Assembly (NCBI GenBank): GCA_965216755.1 | Contig: CBDCGL010000008.1 | Coordinates: 1 to 26,386, forward strand | Origin: Alphaproteobacteria bacterium | GTDB taxonomy: Bacteria; Pseudomonadota; Alphaproteobacteria; UBA7887 | Length of the DNA: 26,386 nt | Reading direction: 5' to 3' | Shown: positions 16,752-26,386 of the stretch, one piece after another | Numbering within the stretch: the stretch's first letter is position 1 | Layout: every line of letters begins with the position of its first letter | Notes under the pieces: model-generated | Database searches by the model: none | Seen by the model: only the letters and a program-made list of their open reading frames with translations | Told to the model about the DNA's origin: nothing | Program-made: the position numbers and the translations under genes

Positions 16752-18148
16752 TCATCACCGCTTCAGAAATCGAGGCGCGCAAATGGTTTGCCGTGCACCT
16801 GCTCAACACCACTCAGAATGATCATGTTGAGGTGCACGAGCTGCGCGGCTTTGCGTCTGTCAGCCTGAACGGTGTCATGATGGAAATCGCCGCGGTGGCC
16901 AGTGGGACCCGCTGCGAAAATCCGGTCTTCTCTGTGGTTCTCAACCCGCCGGATGGTGTCACGCTCACCTATGAGCAGTTCCACAACGCCATCCGGGAGG
17001 TTGAGAAGGCCAACGGCTTGCAGAATCATCCCCGCGCCGTGGTGTTCCATGAAAAGGACGGTGAACGCCACTGTCACGTGTTCTGGTCGCGGATCGACAT
17101 TGACCGTATGAAGGCGATCAACCTTCCCTTCTACAGAAAAAAGTTGCAAACCATTAGTCGGGAGCAGTTCCGCGCATTGGGCGTGGAACTGCCGCCTGGT
17201 CTGGTTGATCCGCGTGAACGCAACCCGCTGAATTTCACCCGCGAGCAGTGGCAGCAGGCCAAGCGCATGGGTGAAGATCCCCAGGCTCTAAAACAGGTTT
17301 TCTTGGAAGCCTGGCAACACAGTGACAGCCGCAAAGCCTTCCAAGCCGCTTTAGAGCGCAGTGGCCTCTACCTCGCCCGGGGCGACAAGCGCGGCTTTGT
17401 TGCCGTCGATTTTACCGGGTCGGTTTATTCGCTCTCGCGTTGGTTATCGGTGAAGAAGAAGGATATTGCCGCTCGCATCGGTGATTTGGCGGAATTGCCG
17501 ACCGTCGATCAAACCAAGGCCTTGATCTCCGACAAATACACCCCTGCCCTGCGCAAAGCCGTTGATCAGATGGAGACGCAGCACAAGGAAGAGCGCCGCG
17601 TCTGGAACCGTGAGGCCAAGCAAATGCGGCGTACTCACCGCGCCGCCCGCCAAGACCTTGTCACCGACCAGCACGCCCGCCGGCGACGCGAAGAGCATGC
17701 CCGTGCTGATTGGTACCGCAAAGGTCTGCGCGGTCTTGTCGACCGGTTTACCGGCCGCCACAAGGTGACGACCACCCGCATCCGCCGCGACCGGGCCGCC
17801 GCGGAAGAGCGCGACCGTCAGGAGCGGGACAAGCTCATCGCTGCCCAGCTCACCGAACGGCGGCAGGTTCAGGAAAATATCGATAAGCTGGAAGCCAGCC
17901 ACATCCGCGACCGCAAGCGTATGCGCGAACGGCTGGGCGTTCTGTTTGAATTTGAGAATGACGACAAGCGTAATATCGCCCTGCAGCATGCCGCCGAGGT
18001 CGCCGCCCGCAAGGAAGAGCACCGCATGGCCCGCGAATTTAATCAGGCTGACAAGGACCGCACCATGGCCGACCAAATCCGCGACCAGCAGCAGGAGCAG
18101 GATCGCGGCCGTGGTCCAGATCGTGGACGGGAATTTGACCCGAGCTGA
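16748..18148 (+). CDS. Relaxase (copy 2)
   Basis: Same translation as 1014-2414. Confidence 0.9.
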   Translation: MIITASEIEARKWFAVHLLNTTQNDHVEVHELRGFASVSLNGVMMEIAAVASGTRCENPVFSVVLNPPDGVTLTYEQFHNAIREVEKANGLQNHPRAVVFHEKDGERHCHVFWSRIDIDRMKAINLPFYRKKLQTISREQFRALGVELPPGLVDPRERNPLNFTREQWQQAKRMGEDPQALKQVFLEAWQHSDSRKAFQAALERSGLYLARGDKRGFVAVDFTGSVYSLSRWLSVKKKDIAARIGDLAELPTVDQTKALISDKYTPALRKAVDQMETQHKEERRVWNREAKQMRRTHRAARQDLVTDQHARRRREEHARADWYRKGLRGLVDRFTGRHKVTTTRIRRDRAAAEERDRQERDKLIAAQLTERRQVQENIDKLEASHIRDRKRMRERLGVLFEFENDDKRNIALQHAAEVAARKEEHRMAREFNQADKDRTMADQIRDQQQEQDRGRGPDRGREFDPS

Positions 18149-18154
18149 TGGTTG

Positions 18155-18593
18155 ATGATTGATCCCGACAAGCTGACATCCGAACAGCAAAAGGCTTTGG
18201 ATAACCTCGGCCGCCGGCAGGCCGACGAAAGGCGCGTTTTACAACAACAGCTTAGAAGCTAGGGAGCAATCGAAACTGCGGTCCCTGGCTAACCAGGTCA
18301 CCAAAACGCTGTTATTCAAAGATCGGGAGGCCCGCAAAGAGGTTGAAAAATTTTTCGCCGATCAGCGTAAAGAGCGCACCTGGCATCAAGAGCGACTTGC
18401 CCGTGTCCGGGACCGCCACGCTGATGAATGGCAGGCGCTTTACGATCGGATTGCGTTGCAGGGCGACCGCGAAACCAGCCGAACCCACGCGGAAGACATC
18501 CAGCGGGAATTTAACCGTCACGATCAGGCGCGCGGCTATGCAGAGGAATTTACCAGGACCGCCAGGGACGACGGCGGCCACGGCCGCGATTGA
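18155..18593 (+). pseudogene. Frameshifted coiled-coil ORF (copy 2)
   Basis: Same CAG CTT AGA AGC TAG break as copy 1. Confidence 0.65.
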
Positions 18594-18750
18594 TATTCAC
18601 GATGTTCAAGATGTGGTCGGTTACCTGTCCCAAAGCTAACACCGCCTCCGCTAGCAGGACAGGATCACCGCGACCCAGGCTACAAGATATTGTGGATAAC
18701 TTTGTCATATGCACTAAAACTGGTGCCCGATCTTTGCTAGAATTGCGGCC

Positions 18751-19733
18751 ATGGCGGCAGGACATCGACAGCACCGGCGCAAGTCGGGAAAAACAAGCTT
18801 TCAGACCATCGGACAGGTTCAGAATTTCCGGGATTTCTCCGACCCGGCGGTTTTCAAGCTTCTTGATGCCGGAGAGGAAATCCGGCAGCGCCCGGAACCG
18901 ATTCCGTCGGACAAAGCGTTTCTGACGAAGTACCTCGTGCAAGTCACACTGCCCCACTCCAACCCCGGCAATGGCGGTTCCGGTTTTCCGGCGCAAGAAT
19001 GGCGACATCACCCTCACCGTCACCCCGGCATTTGACGATAACAACCAGCCGCTACACCCTTACGGCACCGTTCCGCGGTTGCTTCTATTTTGGTTAACCC
19101 GCGAAGCGTTGCGGCAAAAATCCCATCGAATCGAACTCTCCGATAGCATCAACGGCTTTCTGCTCGACCTCGGAATGAACCCCGCAAACGGGAGCGGCAA
19201 GCGCAGCGACGCGCGGCGTATGCGGGATCAGATGGAGCGGCTTTTCCGTGCCCGAATCAGCATCGATGCTAAGCTCAAAGATGGCACCAGATCAGGTCAT
19301 GCTTGGCAGGATATGCAGGTCGCCAAGGCGGCTACAACGTGGTGGGATTACAAATGCCCGGAGCAAGGCAGTTTCTTCGACAGCTGGGTTGAGCTGGACC
19401 GGGATTTTTATGAAGCAATCCTGAGCGACCCAGTGCCAGTTGATATGCGGGCTTTCGCGGGAGCTTAAACGCTCACCCATGGCCCTCGACCTCTATGCCT
19501 GGGCCACCTATCAAACTTTTGTGATTACGCGTCGCGGCAAGGGACGCAAGGTTCCCTGGCGGGGGCTAATGCAACAGCTTGGCGCTGAGTATTCTGACTA
19601 CAAGGATTTTAGGAAAGCCGCCATACAAGCCCTCAAAAAGGTCCAAATGGTCTTCCCTGGGCTGTTGATATCCGATGCCACGGGTGGCTTTGTTATCCAC
19701 CCCAGCCAGCCGAGCATCCTTCCCAAAGAGTAG
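18751..19733 (+). pseudogene. repA: repA copy 2 with two frameshifts (probably sequence errors)
   Basis: Extra G ~18976 and extra C 19456 split the ORF in three. Confidence 0.8.
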
Positions 19734-19821
19734 GAACATCAATAGTTTCCGCACTGCCTGTGGGCCGTTTATGGCTCATCCACAGTTCTCGCCGTGACTT
19801 GGGATATCTTTGGTTATCCAC

Positions 19822-19979
19822 GATGAAACGGTCCCCCCAGCCAACCAGGTGGGATGAAACGGTCCCCCTTTTCTTATATTTCCCGGTATTTCAAGGCGTT
19901 GTTCTACGGTGAAACAGTATCCCCTCGCCAACCAGGTGGGATGAAACGGTCCCCCCCTCCTGGGATGAAACGGTCCCCC
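19822..19979 (+). repeat. Iterons (copy 2)
   Basis: As 4085-4242. Confidence 0.85.
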
Positions 19980-20576
19980 CTACCTATAGATAGATCCTTA
20001 AAAGGCCTGTAGTTGCCACCCCGCAACTGTGGACAACCAACCCACGGACACTTGGTATCAACGTCTTTTTTTTGTTGCGGCCCCCACGCCTTCGGCGTGC
20101 CCGCCGCCTCCCCTCCCTGGAAGGTCCCTCCAGGCTCACCAAAAAACAGGGACACCGCCTGTTCTCTGATCCACCTTCGGGTGATTGATCTCCTATGCCG
20201 GACAGAACCTTCATGCAAGGCACGCTTCGCTCTTTGGCCTTGCATGAAGAACCATGTCCAACATGGCCGGAGAAATCACCCGAAGGCGGCTCCGAGAACA
20301 GGCTTATAGCCCTGGTTGCGTGGAGAGATTGCTTTGTCTGCAAGGGGGTGTATGGGCTGGCATTGTGCCCAAACGATATCTCTAACCTGACTTAACCATC
20401 CGAGAATGAAACCCAAGCGCCCGGATGTGAAAGTATGAAGATCATAAGTTATGATATGATGTTCATACTTTGTGATCGTCATAAATATGAAGTTGCGTGC
20501 CTAAGCGAATCATCTCATACTGTATGAAGATATGATCTTCATATCATAAGTTCACATAGTATGAGGTTATGAACGT

Positions 20577-20822
20577 ATGAAGGCCGTCAAAACTGTCGAC
20601 CTTGGTCAAACATCGCAAACTGATCCGTTCCTGAAAGCCGTTGCCGTCGAAAAAGCGGCTGCTGCTGAGATGGTACGGAAAACCTTCAATCTCGAAAAAC
20701 GCCATCAGAACCAAATCAACGCTGTAGCGGCTGATCTGTCAGAGACAGCCGGAAAACCCATAGGCGCCTCCGAAGCGTTGCGCCACATCCTGGATGAAGC
20801 CGCCGGGAAGGTGGGCTCATGA
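20577..20822 (+). CDS. Putative centromere-binding protein (copy 2)
   Basis: As 4838-5083. Confidence 0.7.
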   Translation: MKAVKTVDLGQTSQTDPFLKAVAVEKAAAAEMVRKTFNLEKRHQNQINAVAADLSETAGKPIGASEALRHILDEAAGKVGS

Positions 20823-21460
20823 AAGGTGTTGCTTTCCTGGGCGACAAAGGCGGTGTGGGCAAGACCTCTTTAGCCCACGCTTTGGCGCTTGGTGCCGCAT
20901 GGAAGGGCGTGCCAGGCTACTTGATGCATACAGACAACCGGGAACCGCTCAAAGTAAACGGCAGGCCGTACGCCTATTACGATGCCCGCGACCCCAAAGA
21001 TCTGGAAACCCTTATCAAAACGGCCCTGAATAATGATGGGTTGTTTATCGTTGATGGTGGTGGGAACCGGCCGGAATTCGACAAATGGATTGCCGCCAGC
21101 ATGGATTTGGTGCTGGTGCCGTTCATCCCCGATGAAGAAGCTATAAACACCAATCTGGCTCATATGAAGCGACTGGAACGGGCAGGGGCGAATGTTTGGG
21201 CTATCGTGAACGCCTACCCTGGAAGCCGTTTTGAGCGCCAGTATGTTGATCGGGAGCTACTGAAGGATCTTCCGCAGGACCGGATTCTTGCCAGGGTCCC
21301 GGAAGTGAAGGCCGTCAGAACACTGCGTGCCAGTGATAAACCAGTGTTCAAAACGCCGCCGACGCGGGTCAACGATCTGTCCCGGAAGCTCTACCTGACG
21401 GTAAATCAAGCTCTACTTGCAATTGATCGGGCAGCAGAGCCCACCCGGCTGTCAGCATAA
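20819..21460 (+). CDS. parA: ParA (copy 2)
   Basis: As 5080-5721. Confidence 0.9.
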   Translation: MKGVAFLGDKGGVGKTSLAHALALGAAWKGVPGYLMHTDNREPLKVNGRPYAYYDARDPKDLETLIKTALNNDGLFIVDGGGNRPEFDKWIAASMDLVLVPFIPDEEAINTNLAHMKRLERAGANVWAIVNAYPGSRFERQYVDRELLKDLPQDRILARVPEVKAVRTLRASDKPVFKTPPTRVNDLSRKLYLTVNQALLAIDRAAEPTRLSA

Positions 21461-21519
21461 CCAACATCCGTGCTTAGAGAAATATTTTGTAAGCTATTTA
21501 TTTTCTGTACAATGCCAGG

Positions 21520-22023
21520 GTGTACTGGACCTATGGCATTGTTGACCCTGTAACCGGTCTGTTCGTCTATATCGGGCAGACCAGCGATTTCGATCGGCGC
21601 AAATCCCAACATCTCACTGACCGGCTGCGTAAAACGACGCCGGCGCGCGGCAGCATCCAGGAATGGCTGCGCGACATGCGGAAGAGGGGGCTGGAACCGG
21701 ATTTCGTGATCCTGGAGATCGTCGAAACCGAAGAAGAAAGCTTGCTATCGGAAAGCAAATGGGTCGAGAAATTCGCCGCGATTGGCCACCCGTTATTGAA
21801 TCGCTGGCAAGAGCATCGAGACCTGATCCGGCAAGGCCGGGCCTCACAATATGAAGCGCTGATTTTTCAAGACGGCAAGGCATGCAGGGTAGGGGAGGCC
21901 CGTCCCAATCGGCGCAACTCAGGCTTTGCCGTTATGCTGGATAAAGACGTGAAGATAGAATTCGACGGCATGGTTCTGGAAGGGGCGCGGATTGACGTGT
22001 TGGAGCCGAAGCCGGAGGCCTAA
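21520..22023 (+). CDS. GIY-YIG protein (copy 2)
   Basis: As 5781-6284. Confidence 0.8.
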   Translation: MYWTYGIVDPVTGLFVYIGQTSDFDRRKSQHLTDRLRKTTPARGSIQEWLRDMRKRGLEPDFVILEIVETEEESLLSESKWVEKFAAIGHPLLNRWQEHRDLIRQGRASQYEALIFQDGKACRVGEARPNRRNSGFAVMLDKDVKIEFDGMVLEGARIDVLEPKPEA

Positions 22024-22325
22024 CTGGATGTGGCGTCTGGCTGAACACGCTTTACATTCTTGGTGATTTCGCGCTCGCGTTTGCGCGTTTCGGCAAGATC
22101 ATAAGCCATTTGCAGACGCATCCACATTTCGGGTGTACTGCCAAACGCGGCGGCCAACCGGAATGCCATTTCGGCTGAAATCCCGGAACGACCGTTGAGC
22201 AAATTGCTCAGCGTCTGACGGTTAACACCCAGCACCTCAGCCGCTTCGTTGACACTCATGCCAAGTTCTTCAATGCAATCCTGCCGGACAATTCTGCCCG
22301 GGTGCGCGGGGCTATGCATAGGCAT
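22020..22325 (-). CDS. higA: HigA (copy 2)
   Basis: As 6281-6586. Confidence 0.93.
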   Translation of the reverse strand: MPMHSPAHPGRIVRQDCIEELGMSVNEAAEVLGVNRQTLSNLLNGRSGISAEMAFRLAAAFGSTPEMWMRLQMAYDLAETRKREREITKNVKRVQPDATSS

Positions 22326-22339
22326 CGTTCTCTCCTTTC

Positions 22340-22618
22340 CTAATGGTAATCGATCAGATCAACATCTGTGGCTTCACCGTCGCTGAAGCGGAAAATGATC
22401 CGCCAATTGGCTCGCACGGTGACGCTCCAAAATCCTCTCAAGTCGCCCGTCAACTTATGGAGGCGGTAACCCGTCACATCGATATCGTCGATGGTCAGGG
22501 CCATATCGAGGACAGACAGGATATTCTCAATCCGGTCGGCCATATCAGCCCTGACCCGGCTTCTGTCACCGCGCTCATACAGGCGTTTCAATCCCCGATG
22601 ACGGAACGATCCAATCAT
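22340..22618 (-). CDS. higB: HigB (copy 2)
   Basis: As 6601-6879. Confidence 0.93.
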   Translation of the reverse strand: MIGSFRHRGLKRLYERGDRSRVRADMADRIENILSVLDMALTIDDIDVTGYRLHKLTGDLRGFWSVTVRANWRIIFRFSDGEATDVDLIDYH

Positions 22619-22874
22619 ACTTTCAGTGTACAGTGATAATTATCGCTTATCAAGAAGAAACTTATTATTTGCATAGCTAATGTTTTGTGGGTACCGTTAA
22701 TTTTGTCAGCTGCAAATTCAGCTGATCGGGTTTCACAGCTCGCGCAAGCCGGCCTTTGTATTGGCCGGATGGCGGCGAAATACGGCCTCCGGCTCAATAC
22801 GCCGCACTGTGCTTGCGCAGTTGTGAACGTCCGGCCACCAGTGCCGGACGGATCATTAAACCGCAAGGCGCGGG

Positions 22875-23078
22875 ATGGAAATGCCGAAAGAAGATATTGA
22901 TACAGCCGTCGTTCAAGCTTTTTTGAGGCAAGTTGAGGTCATGGCCGGTGCCGAGGGGCGGGAGCTGCTATTGCTGTTTATGGCGATAAGAGACCAGCAG
23001 CTTCGTGATGATGTTGTCAGATTTGCAGAGGCTATCGCCAGCGAAAAAGGGTGGTTAGCCAAGGACGACCGAAAATGA
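22875..23078 (+). CDS. Small helical protein (copy 2)
   Basis: As 7136-7339. Confidence 0.62.
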   Translation: MEMPKEDIDTAVVQAFLRQVEVMAGAEGRELLLLFMAIRDQQLRDDVVRFAEAIASEKGWLAKDDRK

Positions 23079-23263
23079 GCACCACTAAGGTTTTCTATGA
23101 ACTGCCGCCCGGATTGCCGATAGATCAATTCAGCATCGACGTCACAAGCGATGAGCTGACATTTTTGATGGGCGATGACGCCGTTGTCGAAGCTGAACCG
23201 GGACGATTTGAGTTTACGGATTTGGGCAAAGACCGGATACGGGAAGCGCCCGACCCGGAATAA
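23075..23263 (+). CDS. Small acidic protein (copy 2)
   Basis: As 7336-7524. Confidence 0.58.
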   Translation: MSTTKVFYELPPGLPIDQFSIDVTSDELTFLMGDDAVVEAEPGRFEFTDLGKDRIREAPDPE

Positions 23264-23440
23264 TCCGCTTGTAAGTCGTCTGGCGAGCCAGGCGCAGATA
23301 ATGGGGGGCATACTAACCGTGCAGGACGTTCGCTTCCCAAGGCTGGGTTGACCGAGTTCTGCTTTTTTGTGCCAGTGCGATAACTGACATTATGGACAGT
23401 TCTTTGTCGCTCCCATCAGCGTATCCCGACGCATTCTTTG

Positions 23441-23628
23441 AACCGACGGAGACAGAATAACACCGTGCTCGCGGCTTCCGTCCGCTGCGAAACAGAAGGG
23501 TTGCTAAGCTCCTGTCGTCGCTAAGCCAACCCATAACCGTTTCGTTCGGCTACAGCCACTCCGCGCGGTGTTATTTCGGAGATTGTCGGCTCCGGGGGAA
23601 TGTCAGGCCTTCGTCTCACCAAGGGAAT
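23441..23628 (+). repeat. Left inverted repeat (copy 2)
   Basis: As 7702-7889. Confidence 0.9.
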
Positions 23629-23914
23629 GGACGTTTAAGGCTTAAGTCATCAACACGCTAGGTTGAGGTCAATTGTCAAGCGCGTTTCTTGCATATCATT
23701 TTTCAAAAAGTGACTAGCTCACCAGATTAGAAGAATTTCGATTTTTTTTAATAAGGCCACAATCCCGATCCCGACCGCCCCGACGATCGCTACGATATCC
23801 CTTAAGATAGATGTCAGAAGGCTCAACTGCTCTAACCAGTCCATCGTTGGCATGTGGGAACGGAGTGCAACCCCTTCAATACGGTGTATTGGCTGATCCT
23901 GAAGACTGAGCCAT

Positions 23915-23950
23915 TCAAATCCCGATCTTCTCGACCTCGTCGAGGGTGAC
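23915..23950 (-). repeat. Duplicated recombinase 3' end (copy 2)
   Basis: As 8176-8211. Confidence 0.85.
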
Positions 23951-23975
23951 AGGACTCAAGACCGGCCCAACACCG

Positions 23976-24686
23976 TTAAGGGACAGGCCGCGGCCATGTG
24001 CTTGCAGGTCCAAGGGAGCCGTGCACAACCGATTCAGTTATGGCCGCAACAAGGTGTTTGCCATGAAACTCTAGGAACCACATGGTCCCCAACGGAGCAT
24101 CATCGGCCCGGGCATACATATAGCGAAACTGTATTTCACCAACTGAACCAGCACTGCAGTACTTCCCATATGCTCGAATTAGTTCCGGGACGTTCTGGGA
24201 ATTATAACCTTGGGCAAAGATCTGAAATTTCACAGCCGGACCCAAAGGTTCGCCATAGCAGTGATAGAAAAGGCCGCGGACCACTCTTTCAATGAAAGCG
24301 TTGTGGGTGGCGACGGACAAAGGGACCACGCCAGCGCATCCTATAAGCACGCCGCCTTCTGATCTAACGTCAACTTCACGAAGCCGGCCCAACACTGCGC
24401 GGTTTATGCGCTGGTTATGTCTGATTGTCGGTAGAGCGTGATTTCTCCAAAAAGCTTTGCTTTCTGGCGTGTTGACGCCTACCAGCAAACTCAGCGCCAC
24501 TCGGAATTCTTCGTCGATATCAGAAAAGCCTTTGTTGCACGGGCGACAGGCCGGCACCGTTATCATGTTGCTCGGGCGCGGCTTCACAAACACGGATCTT
24601 GGTGGCACATGATCGCCTTTTCCCGGATGTGCTTGCCGAGTGCCGCAGTAGGCACATTTGTCACTTTTTGGCCGCCGGGAAACCAT
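23976..24686 (-). CDS. HNH-like protein (copy 2)
   Basis: As 8237-8947. Confidence 0.8.
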   Translation of the reverse strand: MVSRRPKSDKCAYCGTRQAHPGKGDHVPPRSVFVKPRPSNMITVPACRPCNKGFSDIDEEFRVALSLLVGVNTPESKAFWRNHALPTIRHNQRINRAVLGRLREVDVRSEGGVLIGCAGVVPLSVATHNAFIERVVRGLFYHCYGEPLGPAVKFQIFAQGYNSQNVPELIRAYGKYCSAGSVGEIQFRYMYARADDAPLGTMWFLEFHGKHLVAAITESVVHGSLGPASTWPRPVP

Positions 24687-24693
24687 CAGCTAC

Positions 24694-25695
24694 TCAAATC
24701 CCGATCCGCTCAACCTCATCCAGGGTGACCTGGTCGTTTGTGCGGTCGTAGAGCTGCGTGGTCCGCGGGCTTTCATGGGCCGCCATCATTTGAGCGTTTT
24801 CCAAGGTGCCGCCGTTCTCCCTATAGGCAGTGATCCCGGTGGCCCGGAAGCTATGGCAACTGATCGGGGTCGCAATACCGGCCTGCCGCGCGCGTCGCTT
24901 GACCATATCTAAGGCCATCCGCCGCTTCACAGGTTCTGCTGTGAGCGGGCCATTGCGCCACGGCACACTGCGGAATAGCCACCCTTTCTTGTCGCTGGTG
25001 ATACAAGCGGCGTTGATATAGGCGTCGAGGTAGTCTTCCAGTGAATGGTGGGCCGGGATTTCGTGGAACTTGCCACCCTTTTCATGAAGGCGGAGCCACC
25101 AGCGTTTGCCGGCTGGATAGTAGTCTTCAACCCGCATGCTCAGGGCGGCGCTCACCCGCGCAAAGCTGTAGATCATCACGCCAATAAGGGCGCGATCCCG
25201 CAAGCCGGTCACCGTATCTGTTGGTATGCTATTTAACAGCTGCCGCGCTTCATCGACGCTTAGTACGGGCGTTTTGCCCCGCTTGACCTTATGGCTGGGT
25301 CCGCGGACGGCATGCGCCGGATTGAACGGCAGGACGCCGCCGGTGACCAGCCAATCGAACAGCGCGCGGATGGCGGCCAAATGCTGCTTCACAGTCGGAG
25401 CCGGGCGCAGATGGGTCTGCTCCTCAATGAACACTGCGATATGGGTCGGCTGGATATCCTCCAGCCGGCACAGCCGATTTGCTTCACACCAGGCAAAGAA
25501 CCCTGCGGCGGCGCGGCCATAAGCGGCCCGGGTGTTAGCGTTGCGGATATTGGCAGTGAAGAACTCAATGAAGCGCCGGGTGGCCCGGTCGCCGTCATCA
25601 GCGATGATTCCGGGCACAATCAGCCCGGTCTGTGGATTGGCCCCGGCGATCAACGCCGGGTCACCTTGCTGCAGTTGAAGGTCGTGTGAAGTCAT
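24694..25695 (-). CDS. Tyrosine recombinase (copy 2)
   Basis: As 8955-9956. Confidence 0.93.
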   Translation of the reverse strand: MTSHDLQLQQGDPALIAGANPQTGLIVPGIIADDGDRATRRFIEFFTANIRNANTRAAYGRAAAGFFAWCEANRLCRLEDIQPTHIAVFIEEQTHLRPAPTVKQHLAAIRALFDWLVTGGVLPFNPAHAVRGPSHKVKRGKTPVLSVDEARQLLNSIPTDTVTGLRDRALIGVMIYSFARVSAALSMRVEDYYPAGKRWWLRLHEKGGKFHEIPAHHSLEDYLDAYINAACITSDKKGWLFRSVPWRNGPLTAEPVKRRMALDMVKRRARQAGIATPISCHSFRATGITAYRENGGTLENAQMMAAHESPRTTQLYDRTNDQVTLDEVERIGI

Positions 25696-25736
25696 AATAG
25701 CCCCCGAATATTGCCTTAACGAAATGACGTAATAAA

Positions 25737-25764
25737 GACACCCATAATGTCCTTTATGACCGTC
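25737..25764 (+). other. 11-6-11 site B (copy 2)
   Basis: As 9998-10025. Confidence 0.68.
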
Positions 25765-25876
25765 TTTCAGAGTACACCAATTAGCCGGCAAAGGGGAGGG
25801 TGGTCACCGACAATATCCAGAGATAGTTTCCTGATGACTATGGAACGGGCCGCTCGGCAAACACATCTCTTGAGAA

Positions 25877-26386
25877 ATGACAGATCGTCCTGAAGCGATT
25901 TTTTTTGAGATTAGGCAGGCCCTCGACTTCTTTCTCTATCCGGTTTGGCAATTCTTAAATTCCGATTTCGCTGCAACGTTATTAGCGACTTTGGTAGCAG
26001 CGTTCGCGGGTGCTTTTGGCGCGCACGTAATTATCGAAAAGACCAAGCGCAAGCAGGAGCAGCAGCGGGAGCTGCGCATCACAAACGCGGCGATAATGGT
26101 ATCAGCGGATATCTGCAGTCTATTTCTTAACCTCAAAAGACAGCATGTAAAAGATTTAAAGCAGAAATTTCAAGATGATATCGAGAATTACGCCATAGTG
26201 AGCGGCCGCAGTCAAAAAAAAGGTTGGCCAGGGCAAATATTTATTCTTCAGTCCAATCTTACTACATTGGATCCGGTAAGAATACCAGGAGAGATACTTG
26301 TTAGGCAGGTTTTCGAAGATATTTCGCCTGGACAAAGAGCATATACACTCACGAACACCCTTATAAGATCTGCCCATTCCCTAAAT
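25877..26386 (+). CDS. TM hypothetical protein (copy 2, cut by window end)
   Basis: As 10138-10647. Confidence 0.8.
   Translation, partial: MTDRPEAIFFEIRQALDFFLYPVWQFLNSDFAATLLATLVAAFAGAFGAHVIIEKTKRKQEQQRELRITNAAIMVSADICSLFLNLKRQHVKDLKQKFQDDIENYAIVSGRSQKKGWPGQIFILQSNLTTLDPVRIPGEILVRQVFEDISPGQRAYTLTNTLIRSAHSLN

Larger units (their letters stand above)
15735..26386. repeat. Second partial copy of the unit (equals 1-10647); over-circularised assembly or plasmid multimer
   Basis: ORF track repeats with offset 15734, rising to 15739 after five 1-bp insertions at ~18741-20146. Confidence 0.97.

Noticed and set aside
15735-26386. Biological tandem amplification
   Set aside because: Repeat begins exactly at window base 1 and covers a whole replicon; over-circularised contig is simpler

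Overview
The window is about 1.68 turns of one 15,734-bp circular element: 1-15734, then 15735-26386 repeats 1-10647 with five single-base insertions. It reads as a small mobilisable plasmid, probably alphaproteobacterial (inferred from protein families). Backbone: candidate oriT, mobC, relaxase, a frameshifted coiled-coil ORF, RepA with iterons and DnaA boxes, a small DNA-binding protein plus ParA partition pair, a GIY-YIG protein, higBA, and a TraG/VirD4 coupling protein with no obvious membrane anchor. The most unusual part is the accessory module at about 7630-11210. It has (i) a tyrosine recombinase whose last 36 bp recur in diverged form on the far side of an HNH gene, like a cassette inserted at the recombinase 3' end; (ii) two dif-like 11-6-11 sites in inverted orientation; and (iii) ~188-bp, ~96% identical inverted repeats, each able to fold into a long hairpin. 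All family assignments come from motif recognition by eye; no searches were run.
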